Positions 9,103-18,415 of a DNA stretch of 64,000 nt are shown here, in pieces. Within the stretch, counting starts at the first letter, position 1. The number at the start of each line of letters is the position of its first letter. The DNA is from Chthonomonadales bacterium (GTDB lineage: Bacteria > Armatimonadota > Chthonomonadetes > Chthonomonadales > CAJBBX01): the NCBI GenBank assembly GCA_037443035.1, contig JBBIPC010000001.1, positions 32,001 to 96,000 of the forward strand, in the 5' to 3' direction. The notes under the pieces are model-generated. The model was not told where the DNA came from. It did no database searches and saw only the letters and a list, made by a program, of their open reading frames with translations. The translations under genes and the position numbers were made by a program.

Positions 9103-10461
9103 ATGCGCAAGGACCCCACAAAGACCGACCAGATGCTCGACGAGCTTCGTAGGTACGTCGTCGCCGACCCCCATCCATTCGTTGTCGATCTCGAAGCGAG
9201 CGCAGGTGCGTGGCTTGCGACAGTAGACGGCAGGCGACTGCTGGATTTCGCTGGTTACTACGGCTCGAAGCTCATCGGTCACAACCATCCGCGGTTGAGC
9301 GAGCCAGACTACGTGTGTCGCTTGGTCAGGGCCGCGAACAACAAGGTGGCCAATCCGGACTTCTTGACGGAGGAGTGCCTCGAGTACTACCGGGAGATAT
9401 ACGGGATTGCCCCCTGCTGCATGAAGAACCCGAGGCTCGAGGTCTACGCCGTGAACTCGGGGGCCGAGGCGGTGGAGAACATGATGAAGTACCTCATCAA
9501 TCTTCACCTGCAGAAGTTCCCCAACGTACCCAGGGAGGAAGTGCGAAGGCGGTTCATCTACTTCGACCAGGCGTTTCACGGCAGAACGGTGTTCGCACTG
9601 GGTGTCACTGGGCTTTCTGCGGATCCTGTGATCACTCGGGATTTCCGAGGCTTCGATCACGGAAACATCCGCGTGGATTTCCCGGCGGTCAACACAGACG
9701 AGCCAGCTGCTGCCAATCGCGCGCAAACGATCCGAGCATTGAACGAGGTCGAGGAGCATCTCAGGAGCGATCGCGACGGCATCGTGGGGATCATTGTGGA
9801 GCCGCTTCAGGGAGCCGGCGGGCACCGTGTTGCAGAGCCGGAGTTCTACCGCGGTCTCAGCAGACTGGCTCACGATTACAACGTATTCCTTGGCTTCGAC
9901 GAAGTGCAGACTGCCGGAGGACAGACTGGTTCGTTCTTTCTCATTGACCAGTTCGAGCTTCCGTACCCGCCCCAAGCAGTTGCCTCGGCGAAAAAGCTTG
10001 CCTGCGGCGTAGTCTATATGCTCTATCCCATGGACGATCGTGGAGTACTCGACTCCACGTGGGGAGGTGCCTTGGCGGACATGGTGCGATTTGTCCAGGA
10101 GCTGAAGATCGTCCGCGACGAACGGCTTCTCGAACAGGTGCCGCAGAAGGCCGCGCAGATGGTCAACGTACTGAAGCACTTGCAGCGGAGGTACAGCGAC
10201 CTCATCTACAACATACGCGGCGCAGGGCTGTATCAGGGCTTCAGTATGCGACGACGGCCGGACGACGCGCGGGCACTCGTGTCCATTGCCAGAGATCGCG
10301 CCGATCTGCTGCTGCTGAAGGCCGGGCACGACAGCATACGACTGCGTCCCATGCTCGACGTAACTCCAGAGGACATCGAGGAGCTAGGAGCGAGACTCGA
10401 CAAGGCGCTGCAGCTACTGAGGGACGAGCACCGAGTTGTCGCGGAAGGATGTCGGCCATGA
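9103..10461 (+). CDS. lat: class III PLP aminotransferase, L-lysine 6-aminotransferase-like
   Basis: SGAEAVEN, AFHGRT, EPLQGAGG, FDEVQT, AKK (PLP lysine), STWGG...DMVR typical of the Lat subfamily. Confidence 0.75.
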   Translation: MRKDPTKTDQMLDELRRYVVADPHPFVVDLEASAGAWLATVDGRRLLDFAGYYGSKLIGHNHPRLSEPDYVCRLVRAANNKVANPDFLTEECLEYYREIYGIAPCCMKNPRLEVYAVNSGAEAVENMMKYLINLHLQKFPNVPREEVRRRFIYFDQAFHGRTVFALGVTGLSADPVITRDFRGFDHGNIRVDFPAVNTDEPAAANRAQTIRALNEVEEHLRSDRDGIVGIIVEPLQGAGGHRVAEPEFYRGLSRLAHDYNVFLGFDEVQTAGGQTGSFFLIDQFELPYPPQAVASAKKLACGVVYMLYPMDDRGVLDSTWGGALADMVRFVQELKIVRDERLLEQVPQKAAQMVNVLKHLQRRYSDLIYNIRGAGLYQGFSMRRRPDDARALVSIARDRADLLLLKAGHDSIRLRPMLDVTPEDIEELGARLDKALQLLRDEHRVVAEGCRP

Positions 10462-11897
10462 CGGGTACGTGGCTCACTCTGTCTCAGTTGAACGCCCTCA
10501 TCCGTGGTGTGATGGACGAATGGGCAGAGGAGCGTGGGGATCTGCTCGTCGTTGCCGAGATCTCAGAGATCCGACGCGGCCCGACAGGACACTGGTACCT
10601 GAAGCTCGTCGAGCGCAGAGAGGAGGGTATCGTTGCTGCGCTTGACGCGGTGATCTGGGCAGGCGCCGCACGTACGGTGGAGGAGTTTCGCAAGGTGACC
10701 GGCACGCCGCTGTCTCAAGGCATGGAGGTCCTCTTCCGCGGACGGGTTACGTTCCACGAGCGCTACGGCCTCAAGCTCGAGATACGAGCCATTGACCCAA
10801 CCTACAGCCTGGGCGAGATGCAGCGGCAGCGGCGCGAAGTGATCGCGAGGTTGACGCGGGAAGGACTCATGGACCGGAACAAGCGGCTGCCGTTCCCTCT
10901 CGTTCCTCAGCGCATCGGGATCGTCGCATCGCTGGAATCGGCTGGTTACCAGGATTTTGTGGACCAGCTTCGCAAGAACCCGTACGGCTATGGTTTCCTG
11001 CATCAGGCGTTCCCAGCAGTGATGCAGGGTGACGGAGCCGAGAGCTCTGTCTCTGATGCACTTGCACGAGTGGGGGCCGAGTACCGACGCTATGATGTGG
11101 TGGTGCTGATACGCGGCGGCGGCAGCCAGGTGGACCTGAGCTGCTTCGACACCTATGGAGTGGGCGCAGCGATTGCCAAGTGCCCTTTGCCTGTCATCAC
11201 CGGAATCGGCCACGAACGGGACGAAACGGTGGCGGACATGGCGGCTCATACGAGGGCGAAGACGCCGACGGCTGCAGCCGAGGTAATCGTGGCTGCCATG
11301 CGGAAGTACGAAGAGCGCATCGAGGATTGCGCGGCGCGGATGGCAGTCAGCGCACGCTCCATGCTCGGACCTTTGCTGCCGGAGCTGGCCGATCTACGTG
11401 CCAGGTTGACGGCTGGGGCAAGACGCTCATCCATCGAGGAACGCGATCGTCTCAGCAATGCCGTGGCAGCTCTGGCCGCGAAGACACTCGCAGACTTGCG
11501 TTCTCATTCGAACCTGCTCGAAGTACTTCTCCGACGTCTGTGGCAAGGATCGTCCGGGTCATTAGCGGCGGCCTCGAGCGGCCTGGAAGGTGCCGCTGTA
11601 CGGTTTCGCCTTGGGGCGCGAAGTGCTCAAGAGTCACTGAGCGCACGGCTGGAGGCTTACTCGCGAGACCTCAGGCACCTGGATCCACAACAGGTCTTGG
11701 CTCGCGGATTCAGCATCACGCGATACGGGGGACAGGCTGTGCGTCATGCAACTCAGGTACCAGTGGCCGCAGTGTTGGAAACGACACTTGCCCACGGCAA
11801 GATATGGAGCCTGGTGCAGAACAAGGAGGATCCATGTGAAGAAGGAAGGCTTGACATACGCAAAGGCGATGGAACGGCTGGAGGAGATAGTGCATAA
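10458..11897 (+). CDS. xseA: exodeoxyribonuclease VII large subunit
   Basis: GHWY OB-fold, RGGGS..DL, PVITGIGHERD, TPTAAAE, LDP..VLARGFS; ATGA overlap with upstream gene. Confidence 0.95.
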   Translation: MTGTWLTLSQLNALIRGVMDEWAEERGDLLVVAEISEIRRGPTGHWYLKLVERREEGIVAALDAVIWAGAARTVEEFRKVTGTPLSQGMEVLFRGRVTFHERYGLKLEIRAIDPTYSLGEMQRQRREVIARLTREGLMDRNKRLPFPLVPQRIGIVASLESAGYQDFVDQLRKNPYGYGFLHQAFPAVMQGDGAESSVSDALARVGAEYRRYDVVVLIRGGGSQVDLSCFDTYGVGAAIAKCPLPVITGIGHERDETVADMAAHTRAKTPTAAAEVIVAAMRKYEERIEDCAARMAVSARSMLGPLLPELADLRARLTAGARRSSIEERDRLSNAVAALAAKTLADLRSHSNLLEVLLRRLWQGSSGSLAAASSGLEGAAVRFRLGARSAQESLSARLEAYSRDLRHLDPQQVLARGFSITRYGGQAVRHATQVPVAAVLETTLAHGKIWSLVQNKEDPCEEGRLDIRKGDGTAGGDSA

Positions 11898-12159
11898 GCT
11901 TGAAGCTGGTGAGACGAGCGTGGACGATCTAGCAACAGCGGTCAAGGAGGGGGTGGAGCTGGTCACCTGGTGTCGTCGGAAGCTGAAGACCGCACAAGAG
12001 GAGGTCGAGTCGGCTCTGACCACTCTAGAAGCACCGGCAGAGGAATCCAGCTCGGACAAGCCGCAAGGGACTGCCAAACGCCGCCCATCTTCGACCGCGG
12101 AACCCGATTCTGTTGGGCTTTTCGTCGATGCGGCCGATAACGCAGAGATCGATTCCTAG
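11836..12159 (+). CDS. xseB: exodeoxyribonuclease VII small subunit with low-complexity C-terminal tail
   Basis: TYAKAMERLEEIV..LE, EGVEL...C...L..A pattern; AAGGAGGA RBS before GTG 11836. Confidence 0.9.
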   Translation: MKKEGLTYAKAMERLEEIVHKLEAGETSVDDLATAVKEGVELVTWCRRKLKTAQEEVESALTTLEAPAEESSSDKPQGTAKRRPSSTAEPDSVGLFVDAADNAEIDS

Positions 12160-12184
12160 TGGCTCGCATCGCTCCGACCGTCAG

Positions 12185-12257
12185 TGGGCGAGGAGGGACT
12201 CGAACCCCCGGCCTATTCCGTGTAAAGGAAGCGCTCTGCCAACTGAGCTACTCGCCC
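12185..12257 (-). tRNA. tRNA-Val(TAC)
   Basis: GGGCGAG-TA-GCTC-AGTTGGCA-GAGC-G-CTTCC-TT[TAC]AC-GGAAT-AGGCC-GGGGG-TTCGAGT-CCCTC-CTCGCCC-A cloverleaf; CCA not encoded. Confidence 0.95.
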
Positions 12258-12274
12258 CCATCCCAACACACGCG

Positions 12275-12304
12275 AGTATAGACTGCACCACCATGGTAAG
12301 TCAA
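12275..12304 (-). promoter_or_regulatory. sigma70-type promoter for tRNA-Val
   Basis: TTGACT-N18-TATACT on minus strand just upstream of the tRNA. Confidence 0.65.
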
Positions 12305-12307
12305 CGG

Positions 12308-12757
12308 ATGTGGCGCGTCGTACGTGCGGCAAGCTTTGAGGACATCGCTGACTGTATGCGCGTCCGGCTTTGGGTCTTCGTGGGCGAACAAGAGGTGCCG
12401 CTGGAAGACGAAGTGGACGACGATGACGCGATCGCCATACACTACCTTGTGCGAGACCGGAACATTCCTGTGGGCACGGCGCGCCTCGTGCCGAAGGGGA
12501 GCTTCGCGAAGATTGGACGTCTGGCGGTCTTGCGACCACATCGCTGTTGTGGCGTGGGGTCGGCAATCATGGCTTACATTCTAGCAACGGATGGCCGGGC
12601 CTACGAGCGACTCATCCTGGATGCCCAGCTTCACGCGATTCCGTTCTACGAGCGGTGGGGTTTTCGAGCCGAAGGGGAAACGTTCATGGATGCAGGCATC
12701 CCTCACCGACGTATGCACTTGCTGAACTCAGACGTGCAGGGGGGCACGTTACGTTAG
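12308..12757 (+). CDS. GNAT family acetyltransferase (YjcF/ElaA-like)
   Basis: R..VFV.EQ, GTARL, KIGRLAV, LDAQ..A..FY, FMDAGIPH; start could be 12293. Confidence 0.88.
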   Translation: MWRVVRAASFEDIADCMRVRLWVFVGEQEVPLEDEVDDDDAIAIHYLVRDRNIPVGTARLVPKGSFAKIGRLAVLRPHRCCGVGSAIMAYILATDGRAYERLILDAQLHAIPFYERWGFRAEGETFMDAGIPHRRMHLLNSDVQGGTLR

Positions 12758-12767
12758 CGTGCCCCCC
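12739..12767. terminator. GC-rich hairpin between convergent genes (possible terminator)
   Basis: GGGGGGCACGTTA-cgt-TAGCGTGCCCCCC; no strong U-tract. Confidence 0.5.
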
Positions 12768-12803
12768 AATGTGCCTAGTTGCGCAGCCGGTCCCGCATAG
12801 CCG

Positions 12804-14471
12804 CTACAGCCGTTCTGGTGCGGTGTCCACCTGTGTGATGGTCCAGTATCGCCCAATGCGCTCCAGAGCGAAGCTGAGATAGACCGTGTGCGTCTCGCCG
12901 TCCCTTCCACGATAGACGTGTTTCGCCGACAAAGTGTATGCGTTGTAGGCTCGGCGCTTGACGCGGAACACGTCGAAGCGGATGGTATCGGTGCTGAGCA
13001 TGAAGTCCCTCGTCATGTCCAGATAGTCGTTGGGTTTGAGGGAATACTGGTAGCGGCCCTGCGTGAAGACGGCGACTTCCGTATTAGGGTCGGTTAGGTA
13101 GGTCAGCTTCTCGATGTCGGAATAGCGGAAAGCGTCCTCCAGGTCCTCGACAGCCTGGCGTACCGAACTATCCAGAGTTCGATCATCACGCCACCAGACG
13201 GAGTTCAGATAGTAGTCGTCATCCGCGTAGCCGCGGTACACGCCTCCAATGTAGACCGGCACCTCGATGTAGACTACGCGGGGTGCTCGGTAGAAGACGT
13301 ACCTGCGGTAGAGATAGCCAGGGACCACGCCGAAGTAGAAGTGGTATGGCGATACCACTACATCCACGCCCCAGTACGTCGGGCTGTAGTAGGGGTAATG
13401 GCAGTACTGCCGTGGGAAGTACACGGACAGATGGGTGTCGTGGAACCGGTATGCCGGTCGGAGTACAATCCCGCGCTCGTAACGGCGGCCTTCACCGGAA
13501 CGGGTGAAGATATCCCGCGCACGGTCGTGATAGGGACGAGGATTGTAGGACCGGATGCTGTCTGGAGCGCGGGAGCTGCCATCGCCGCGCACGTTCTCGC
13601 CTCTGGAGCCACGGCCAGGGCGCGTCATACTGTCGCCCTGACGCTCTCTGCCCATGCGATCCCTTCCCTGCTGTGTATCGCGCACGGGTCCGGTGCTCCC
13701 ACGGTCATCGCTGCGAGACCGGTCTCGCCGACCACGATCCAACACTCCGCCGTCACCCAAGCGTGCATCGGACCTGTCCCGGTCCGCGAAGCGTCCGTTG
13801 GATTCTTGGCCACGGTTCGCTCGGTCGTCGCGTACAGGAGATCCGTCCGGCCGTGGTGCTCGATCAATGCCGTCCCGACGATCCCGGTCTCGGGCGCCGT
13901 CCGAAGACCAACCGGGCCTTCTGTCCGAGCTGCGATCTGCAGTCTGGGTGTCGCCCCCCCGAGGTCGCCGATCGAAGATCCATGAACCGTCCGTTCTGCC
14001 GACACGATCGTTGGTGGGTGCTGTCTCACCGCGTGTCCCTCGGTCGAGAGATGGTGGATTGTCCCGTCTCGGTCCTCGGTCTAACACCGGTGGGCTTTCC
14101 CGCCTTGGCTCGTCTCGGTTCACGACGGGTGGGTTATCCCGCCTGGGACCACGCTCGATCGCAGGCGAGCTGTCACGGCGCGGTGCACGATCGATCGCTG
14201 GTGGATTATCACGCCTTGGAGCTGGATCCGCAGTTCTGCCTGAGTCTCGCGGGGCGTCCGAAATTCGGTCGCGACGCTCCGGCCCACTGATCCTAGGAGG
14301 CGTCGAATCCCGGCGAGGAGCGTTTCCGTCTCTCCTGGGGCCAGCTCCACGCTCGGGCGGTCGCCGATCCTGAGCGGCGGAAACTGTCGGTGTAGCGAGT
14401 GGTGTCAGGGCCGCAAGCGCCCCGAGCGCCCAGAGAAGGAACTCCCATCGGATGCAACGTGTTACCTTCAT
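12804..14471 (-). CDS. secreted hypothetical protein with Arg/Asp/Pro repeat region, Tyr-rich segment and globular C-terminal domain
   Basis: ATG 14471 after GAAGGAGG; signal-peptide-like leader ending near VSAAQ; ~12-aa PRRDNPPxxDRG repeats. Confidence 0.75.
   Translation of the reverse strand: MKVTRCIRWEFLLWALGALAALTPLATPTVSAAQDRRPPERGAGPRRDGNAPRRDSTPPRISGPERRDRISDAPRDSGRTADPAPRRDNPPAIDRAPRRDSSPAIERGPRRDNPPVVNRDEPRRESPPVLDRGPRRDNPPSLDRGTRGETAPTNDRVGRTDGSWIFDRRPRGGDTQTADRSSDRRPGWSSDGARDRDRRDGIDRAPRPDGSPVRDDRANRGQESNGRFADRDRSDARLGDGGVLDRGRRDRSRSDDRGSTGPVRDTQQGRDRMGRERQGDSMTRPGRGSRGENVRGDGSSRAPDSIRSYNPRPYHDRARDIFTRSGEGRRYERGIVLRPAYRFHDTHLSVYFPRQYCHYPYYSPTYWGVDVVVSPYHFYFGVVPGYLYRRYVFYRAPRVVYIEVPVYIGGVYRGYADDDYYLNSVWWRDDRTLDSSVRQAVEDLEDAFRYSDIEKLTYLTDPNTEVAVFTQGRYQYSLKPNDYLDMTRDFMLSTDTIRFDVFRVKRRAYNAYTLSAKHVYRGRDGETHTVYLSFALERIGRYWTITQVDTAPERL
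14037..14219 (-). repeat. five tandem degenerate ~36-bp coding repeats (PRRDNPPxxDRG)
   Basis: PRRDNPPAIDRA/PRRDSSPAIERG/PRRDNPPVVNRDE/PRRESPPVLDRG/PRRDNPPSLDRG. Confidence 0.85.
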
Positions 14472-14560
14472 TGTCCCTTCCTCCTTCCAGGGTACTTGCT
14501 GCTGTGTCGGCTGTACCCTCACACTTCGAATACGCAACGTGACCTCCGACGTGACACACT

Positions 14561-16180
14561 TCACCATCCGGCGCAGTGGCCATCGCAGCGAGGATCCGAA
14601 CCGCCCATGTAAGCGCCTGTTGCCGGGTCCACGGCAATTAGCTGGTACGAGCTCCCGTGGTTCCATGGTCCGATGACCATCACGGGATGTCCCATGGCTT
14701 GCAGCTTCCGCAACGTTTCTGGTGAGAATCGTGACTCCAGTTGGAGCACCAGACCTCGACTGTCAGGAGCGGGTACGTGCTGCCAGCGTGGTGCTTCGAC
14801 AGCTTGCTGCACGTCCATGCCGAAGTCCACTAGGGACGTTATGACCTGGAGATTGCTCTGCACCTGCACGTCCCCTCCTGGGGTCCCGCCCACGTAGCGG
14901 AGGCGTTCGTCGTCCGTGATGAGATAGGCGTTCAATGTATGCATGGGCCGTTTACCAGGTGCGAGACAGTTGGGACTGGAGGGGTCGAGATGGAAACCGA
15001 GCATACGGTTGTTGAAGAGGACTCCTGTGGCGGGGTCCACCATTCCACAACCGAAGGCGTGGTAGACGCTCTGGATGAAGCTCACGGCGCTGCCGGAATC
15101 ATCCGCAACGCAGAAGTACGTAGTGTCGCTGGAGGATTCCGGAGCTGACCCATGTGGCATGGCCCTATCCAGCGCTATGTGGCGCCTGCGGTTTGCCGCG
15201 TGCTCCTTGCTGATCAACTCGGCCGTGGGCGCAGGCACGTAACGGGGATCACCCATGAACCTGACACGGTCTTCGAACGCGAGTTTCTTGGCCTCGACCA
15301 TGAGGTGAATGGTGGCCGGCGCGCCGAAACCCCAGGCGGCGATATCGTAGCCTTCTACAATGTTCAGCTCTTCTAGCAGGATGAGCCCCTGGGATACCGG
15401 CGGCTGTCCGCGGACGGTGAGACCGCGATAGGTAGTGGTGATGGGAAGCAGAACTTCAGTTTGGTGGGCTGCTAAGTCCTCCAGGCTGAAGAGACCGCCG
15501 CGCGCAGACGCGAATTCCACTAGCTTGCAGGCTATATCGCCCTCGTAGAATGCCTCACGACCCCCGTCGGATATTGCTGCGAGTGTCCTGGAGAGTGCTG
15601 GCTGCCGAATCATTTCTCCAGGCAGCGGCGGATGGTCCAAGCCAGTCAGGACCGGCAGTGCACTGAGGAACCATTCGCTGCGCGTGGCCGCGTGCGCCTG
15701 GAAGACAGAAGCGTAGCGATTGCCTGCAGGGAATCCTTCCGACGCGTAAACAATAGCCTTCTGCAGCAACCGCTTCATGGGCAGACGTCCGCCGTGCCGA
15801 TGCAGTGTGAACCAGCAGTCAACGAGCCCCGGCACTGTAGCCGCGCGCAGACCTCGTACCGGTATGCCATCCGAGAACTCGTCTCGTGTCGCCCTAGCTG
15901 GTGCAGCGCCCGATCCGTTGAAAGCAAGGCTGGATCTGCTGGCTCCGTGGTAGTAGATGACGAACGCATCACCCCCAAGGTGGCTGTTGTAGGGTTCGGT
16001 CACGGCAAGGGTGGCCGAGGTGGCGATGGCTGCATCCACACACGAACCTCCCTCCATCAGTATCTCGAGACCGGCGGAGACCGCTAGGGGCTGGGATGCT
16101 GCCAAGATGCCGCGCTTGGCGATGACGATACCTCGGTGCTTCGAACCATCCCAGGTGCCGGTTGACCTCGGTGCTGTCAT
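14561..16180 (-). CDS. ggt: gamma-glutamyltransferase (no signal peptide, YwrD-like)
   Basis: DAAIA, LGGDAF, catalytic DTTY, GKRPMHTL, GTPGG..Q.Q, DPR.DG; ATG 16180 with GGAGG RBS. Confidence 0.93.
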   Translation of the reverse strand: MTAPRSTGTWDGSKHRGIVIAKRGILAASQPLAVSAGLEILMEGGSCVDAAIATSATLAVTEPYNSHLGGDAFVIYYHGASRSSLAFNGSGAAPARATRDEFSDGIPVRGLRAATVPGLVDCWFTLHRHGGRLPMKRLLQKAIVYASEGFPAGNRYASVFQAHAATRSEWFLSALPVLTGLDHPPLPGEMIRQPALSRTLAAISDGGREAFYEGDIACKLVEFASARGGLFSLEDLAAHQTEVLLPITTTYRGLTVRGQPPVSQGLILLEELNIVEGYDIAAWGFGAPATIHLMVEAKKLAFEDRVRFMGDPRYVPAPTAELISKEHAANRRRHIALDRAMPHGSAPESSSDTTYFCVADDSGSAVSFIQSVYHAFGCGMVDPATGVLFNNRMLGFHLDPSSPNCLAPGKRPMHTLNAYLITDDERLRYVGGTPGGDVQVQSNLQVITSLVDFGMDVQQAVEAPRWQHVPAPDSRGLVLQLESRFSPETLRKLQAMGHPVMVIGPWNHGSSYQLIAVDPATGAYMGGSDPRCDGHCAGW

Positions 16181-16262
16181 GCTTGTCCTCCGTTGACGGT
16201 CGGCGCAGGTACGCTGTCCAGCATCATACCAAAGAGAATCCGCGAAACGGGCGCCAAAGCAC

Positions 16263-16291
16263 TTGACATTCGTGCGATCGTCGAATATATT
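16263..16291 (+). promoter_or_regulatory. sigma70-type promoter upstream of sigH
   Basis: TTGACA-N17-TATATT. Confidence 0.7.
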
Positions 16292-16371
16292 ACTGCCACA
16301 ACAAGGCGGGATGGCGAGCATGGCATCGCCCGTATCGCCAGGACCCGCTCACGCACACCAGGAGCCATAGC

Positions 16372-17025
16372 ATGGTGACGTGTTGTCAAGACATGGCCTC
16401 GCGATACCCGCAGATGACTGACGAAGAAATCATCGTGTACGCGAGGGCCGGTCATTCTAGCGCTGTTGACTACCTCATCTCTAAGTACCGCCACCTCGTT
16501 GAGAGCAAAGCCCGCACCTACTTCCTCGCGGGTGCGGACACCGATGACGTTATCCAGGAAGGCATGATCGGCCTTTTCAAGGCGATTCGGGACTACCGGA
16601 CTGACCGACTTGCGCGCTTCCGAGCCTTCGCGGATTTGTGTGTGACAAGGCAGATCATCACTGCGGTGAAGTCGGCGACCAGGCAGAAGCACATACCGCT
16701 GAACGGGTACGTATCTCTCAATGCCGGTACCACGGACCTGGACTCGGAGACGTCCCTGATCGACACCATACCGGATGAGCACGTAGAAGACCCCGCAGTG
16801 GCCGTCACACGGGAGCGAGACAGGGCTGATTTCTACCGCCAGGTCTATCAGATGCTATCTGGGTTAGAGGCGGAAGTTCTCGATTACTATCTCGAGGGAC
16901 GCTCCTATAGGGAGATGTCCGAAAGGCTGCATTGCGGGACCAAACGCATCGACAACGCGCTCCAACGTGTGAAGCGCAAGATAGCACACCTGCAAGTCTC
17001 GCTCAACAACCGCAGTTTCTGCTAG
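16372..17025 (+). CDS. sigH: RNA polymerase sigma factor SigH (sigma-30 type)
   Basis: YFLAGAD..D.IQEGMIGLFKAIRDY, RQIITAVKSATRQKHIPLN.YVSL, IDNALQRVKRK. Confidence 0.95.
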   Translation: MVTCCQDMASRYPQMTDEEIIVYARAGHSSAVDYLISKYRHLVESKARTYFLAGADTDDVIQEGMIGLFKAIRDYRTDRLARFRAFADLCVTRQIITAVKSATRQKHIPLNGYVSLNAGTTDLDSETSLIDTIPDEHVEDPAVAVTRERDRADFYRQVYQMLSGLEAEVLDYYLEGRSYREMSERLHCGTKRIDNALQRVKRKIAHLQVSLNNRSFC

Positions 17026-17037
17026 AGTCTTCCACTG

Positions 17038-17110
17038 GCCTCAGTAGCTCAGTTGGTAGAGCAACGCTCTTGTAAAGCGAAGGTCAGCGGTTCGAGTCCG
17101 CTCTGAGGCT
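17038..17110 (+). tRNA. tRNA-Thr(TGT)
   Basis: GCCTCAG-TA-GCTC-AGTTGGTA-GAGC-A-ACGCT-CT[TGT]AA-AGCGA-AGGTC-AGCGG-TTCGAGT-CCGCT-CTGAGGC-T; CCA not encoded. Confidence 0.95.
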
Positions 17111-18268
17111 TCAATCCAGCGCAGCCATGAGGGTGGCGGCTACACTGTCTGCTAGCAGCAGCCCCTTGCGCGTTAGCCGAAGGTGTCCAGCAGCCGGTTC
17201 CATGAGACCCTGTGCGACGAGGCGCTCCATGGCGGGCTTCACACGACCGATCAGCTCAGCGCCGTACCGCTCCTCCAGTCTTCCGAGGTCGAGCCCTTCC
17301 CGGAGACGGCTGGCGAGCATCAGCGTTTCACCCAATGACTGGGCGGCTTCTAGTTGCTCCGAAGCGGCGACAACGGAACGGCCGGAACGGACTCGTTCGA
17401 TGAAGACCCGCGGATCGCGCACGGATGTGTACCGGATACCGTCCACGTAGCTTGTTGCCGCCGCCCCGAATCCGAGATACGGAAGGTTGTGCCAATACAC
17501 GAGGTTGTGACGGCACTGATGACCTGGCCTGGCGTAGTTCGAAATCTCGTACTGCTCTAAGCCCAAGCTTGCCAGCACGTCCGAGGTCGCCTCGTACATA
17601 GCCGCAGCGAGATCCTCGGCTACAGGAGCCAGATGACCTTCCCCGATCATTCGTGCAAACGGCGTGTCGTGCTCCACGGTCAGGCAGTAAGCCGAGACAT
17701 GATCCGCGCCAAGCGCAACAACCTCTCGAAGATGGGACACCCAAGTCTCGAGAGACTGACCAGGGACGGCGAACATGAGGTCGGCGCTGACGCTGGCGAA
17801 GCCAACACGGCGCGCCGCCAGCAAGGAAGCCCGTGCCTCCTCCGCCGTATGGAGACGGCCTAGGATGTGAAGAGAGGCATCGTCCAGGGCTTGAATCCCC
17901 AGCGATATGCGGGTGAAGCCACACGCACGCAGCCGCTCGACTGCGAACGCCGAAGCGCTCGCCGGGTTAGCCTCGACGGAGATCTCGGCGGCTGACGAGA
18001 CCCGGAAGCTCTTGGCGAGAGCGTCGAGAATCTTTCGAAGACTGTCCGCCGGTACGTACGACGGGGTGCCGCCGCCGAAGTAGATAGTTTCGATTGCAGT
18101 ACCAGACCACGGACAGGAGTGGATCTGGCAGATCACGGCTTCGACATAGTCCGGAATGTCGCCCTCACGGCCAGCATAGGTGGGGAAGTCACAATAGGGG
18201 CAGCGGCGCTCGCAGAATGGCAGATGCACGTATATAGCCGTCGGTGCGGGGCACGTCGGCGCCTGCAT
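17111..18268 (-). CDS. hemW: radical SAM heme chaperone HemW
   Basis: YVHLPFC...CPYCDF, YFGGGTPS, YEISNY, HNLVYW. Confidence 0.93.
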   Translation of the reverse strand: MQAPTCPAPTAIYVHLPFCERRCPYCDFPTYAGREGDIPDYVEAVICQIHSCPWSGTAIETIYFGGGTPSYVPADSLRKILDALAKSFRVSSAAEISVEANPASASAFAVERLRACGFTRISLGIQALDDASLHILGRLHTAEEARASLLAARRVGFASVSADLMFAVPGQSLETWVSHLREVVALGADHVSAYCLTVEHDTPFARMIGEGHLAPVAEDLAAAMYEATSDVLASLGLEQYEISNYARPGHQCRHNLVYWHNLPYLGFGAAATSYVDGIRYTSVRDPRVFIERVRSGRSVVAASEQLEAAQSLGETLMLASRLREGLDLGRLEERYGAELIGRVKPAMERLVAQGLMEPAAGHLRLTRKGLLLADSVAATLMAALD

Positions 18269-18415
18269 TGCAGATCGGACTCCTGTCGGTGGCGTAGCTG
18301 GTTGTGTCTTGCCGGCGTTGAAGAGCCATGAGATGCCGAGCGCTGTCAGAACGAATCTGCCTAGGTATACTCTCGTTGGCGGTGCATCACGGACTTCGTG
18401 CGGCTGCCGTCTCCC

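Noticed and set aside
10059..10457. N-terminal extensions in the ORF track (xseA, ftsY, ggt, citrate synthase, queD, M55, PfkB, prepilin and others)
   Set aside because: They overlap neighbouring genes or intergenic signals; RBS position and family motifs support the downstream starts
13980..14330. Possible CRISPR-like periodicity (~36 bp)
   Set aside because: The repeats are degenerate, in frame and conserved at the protein level; there are no spacers or cas genes
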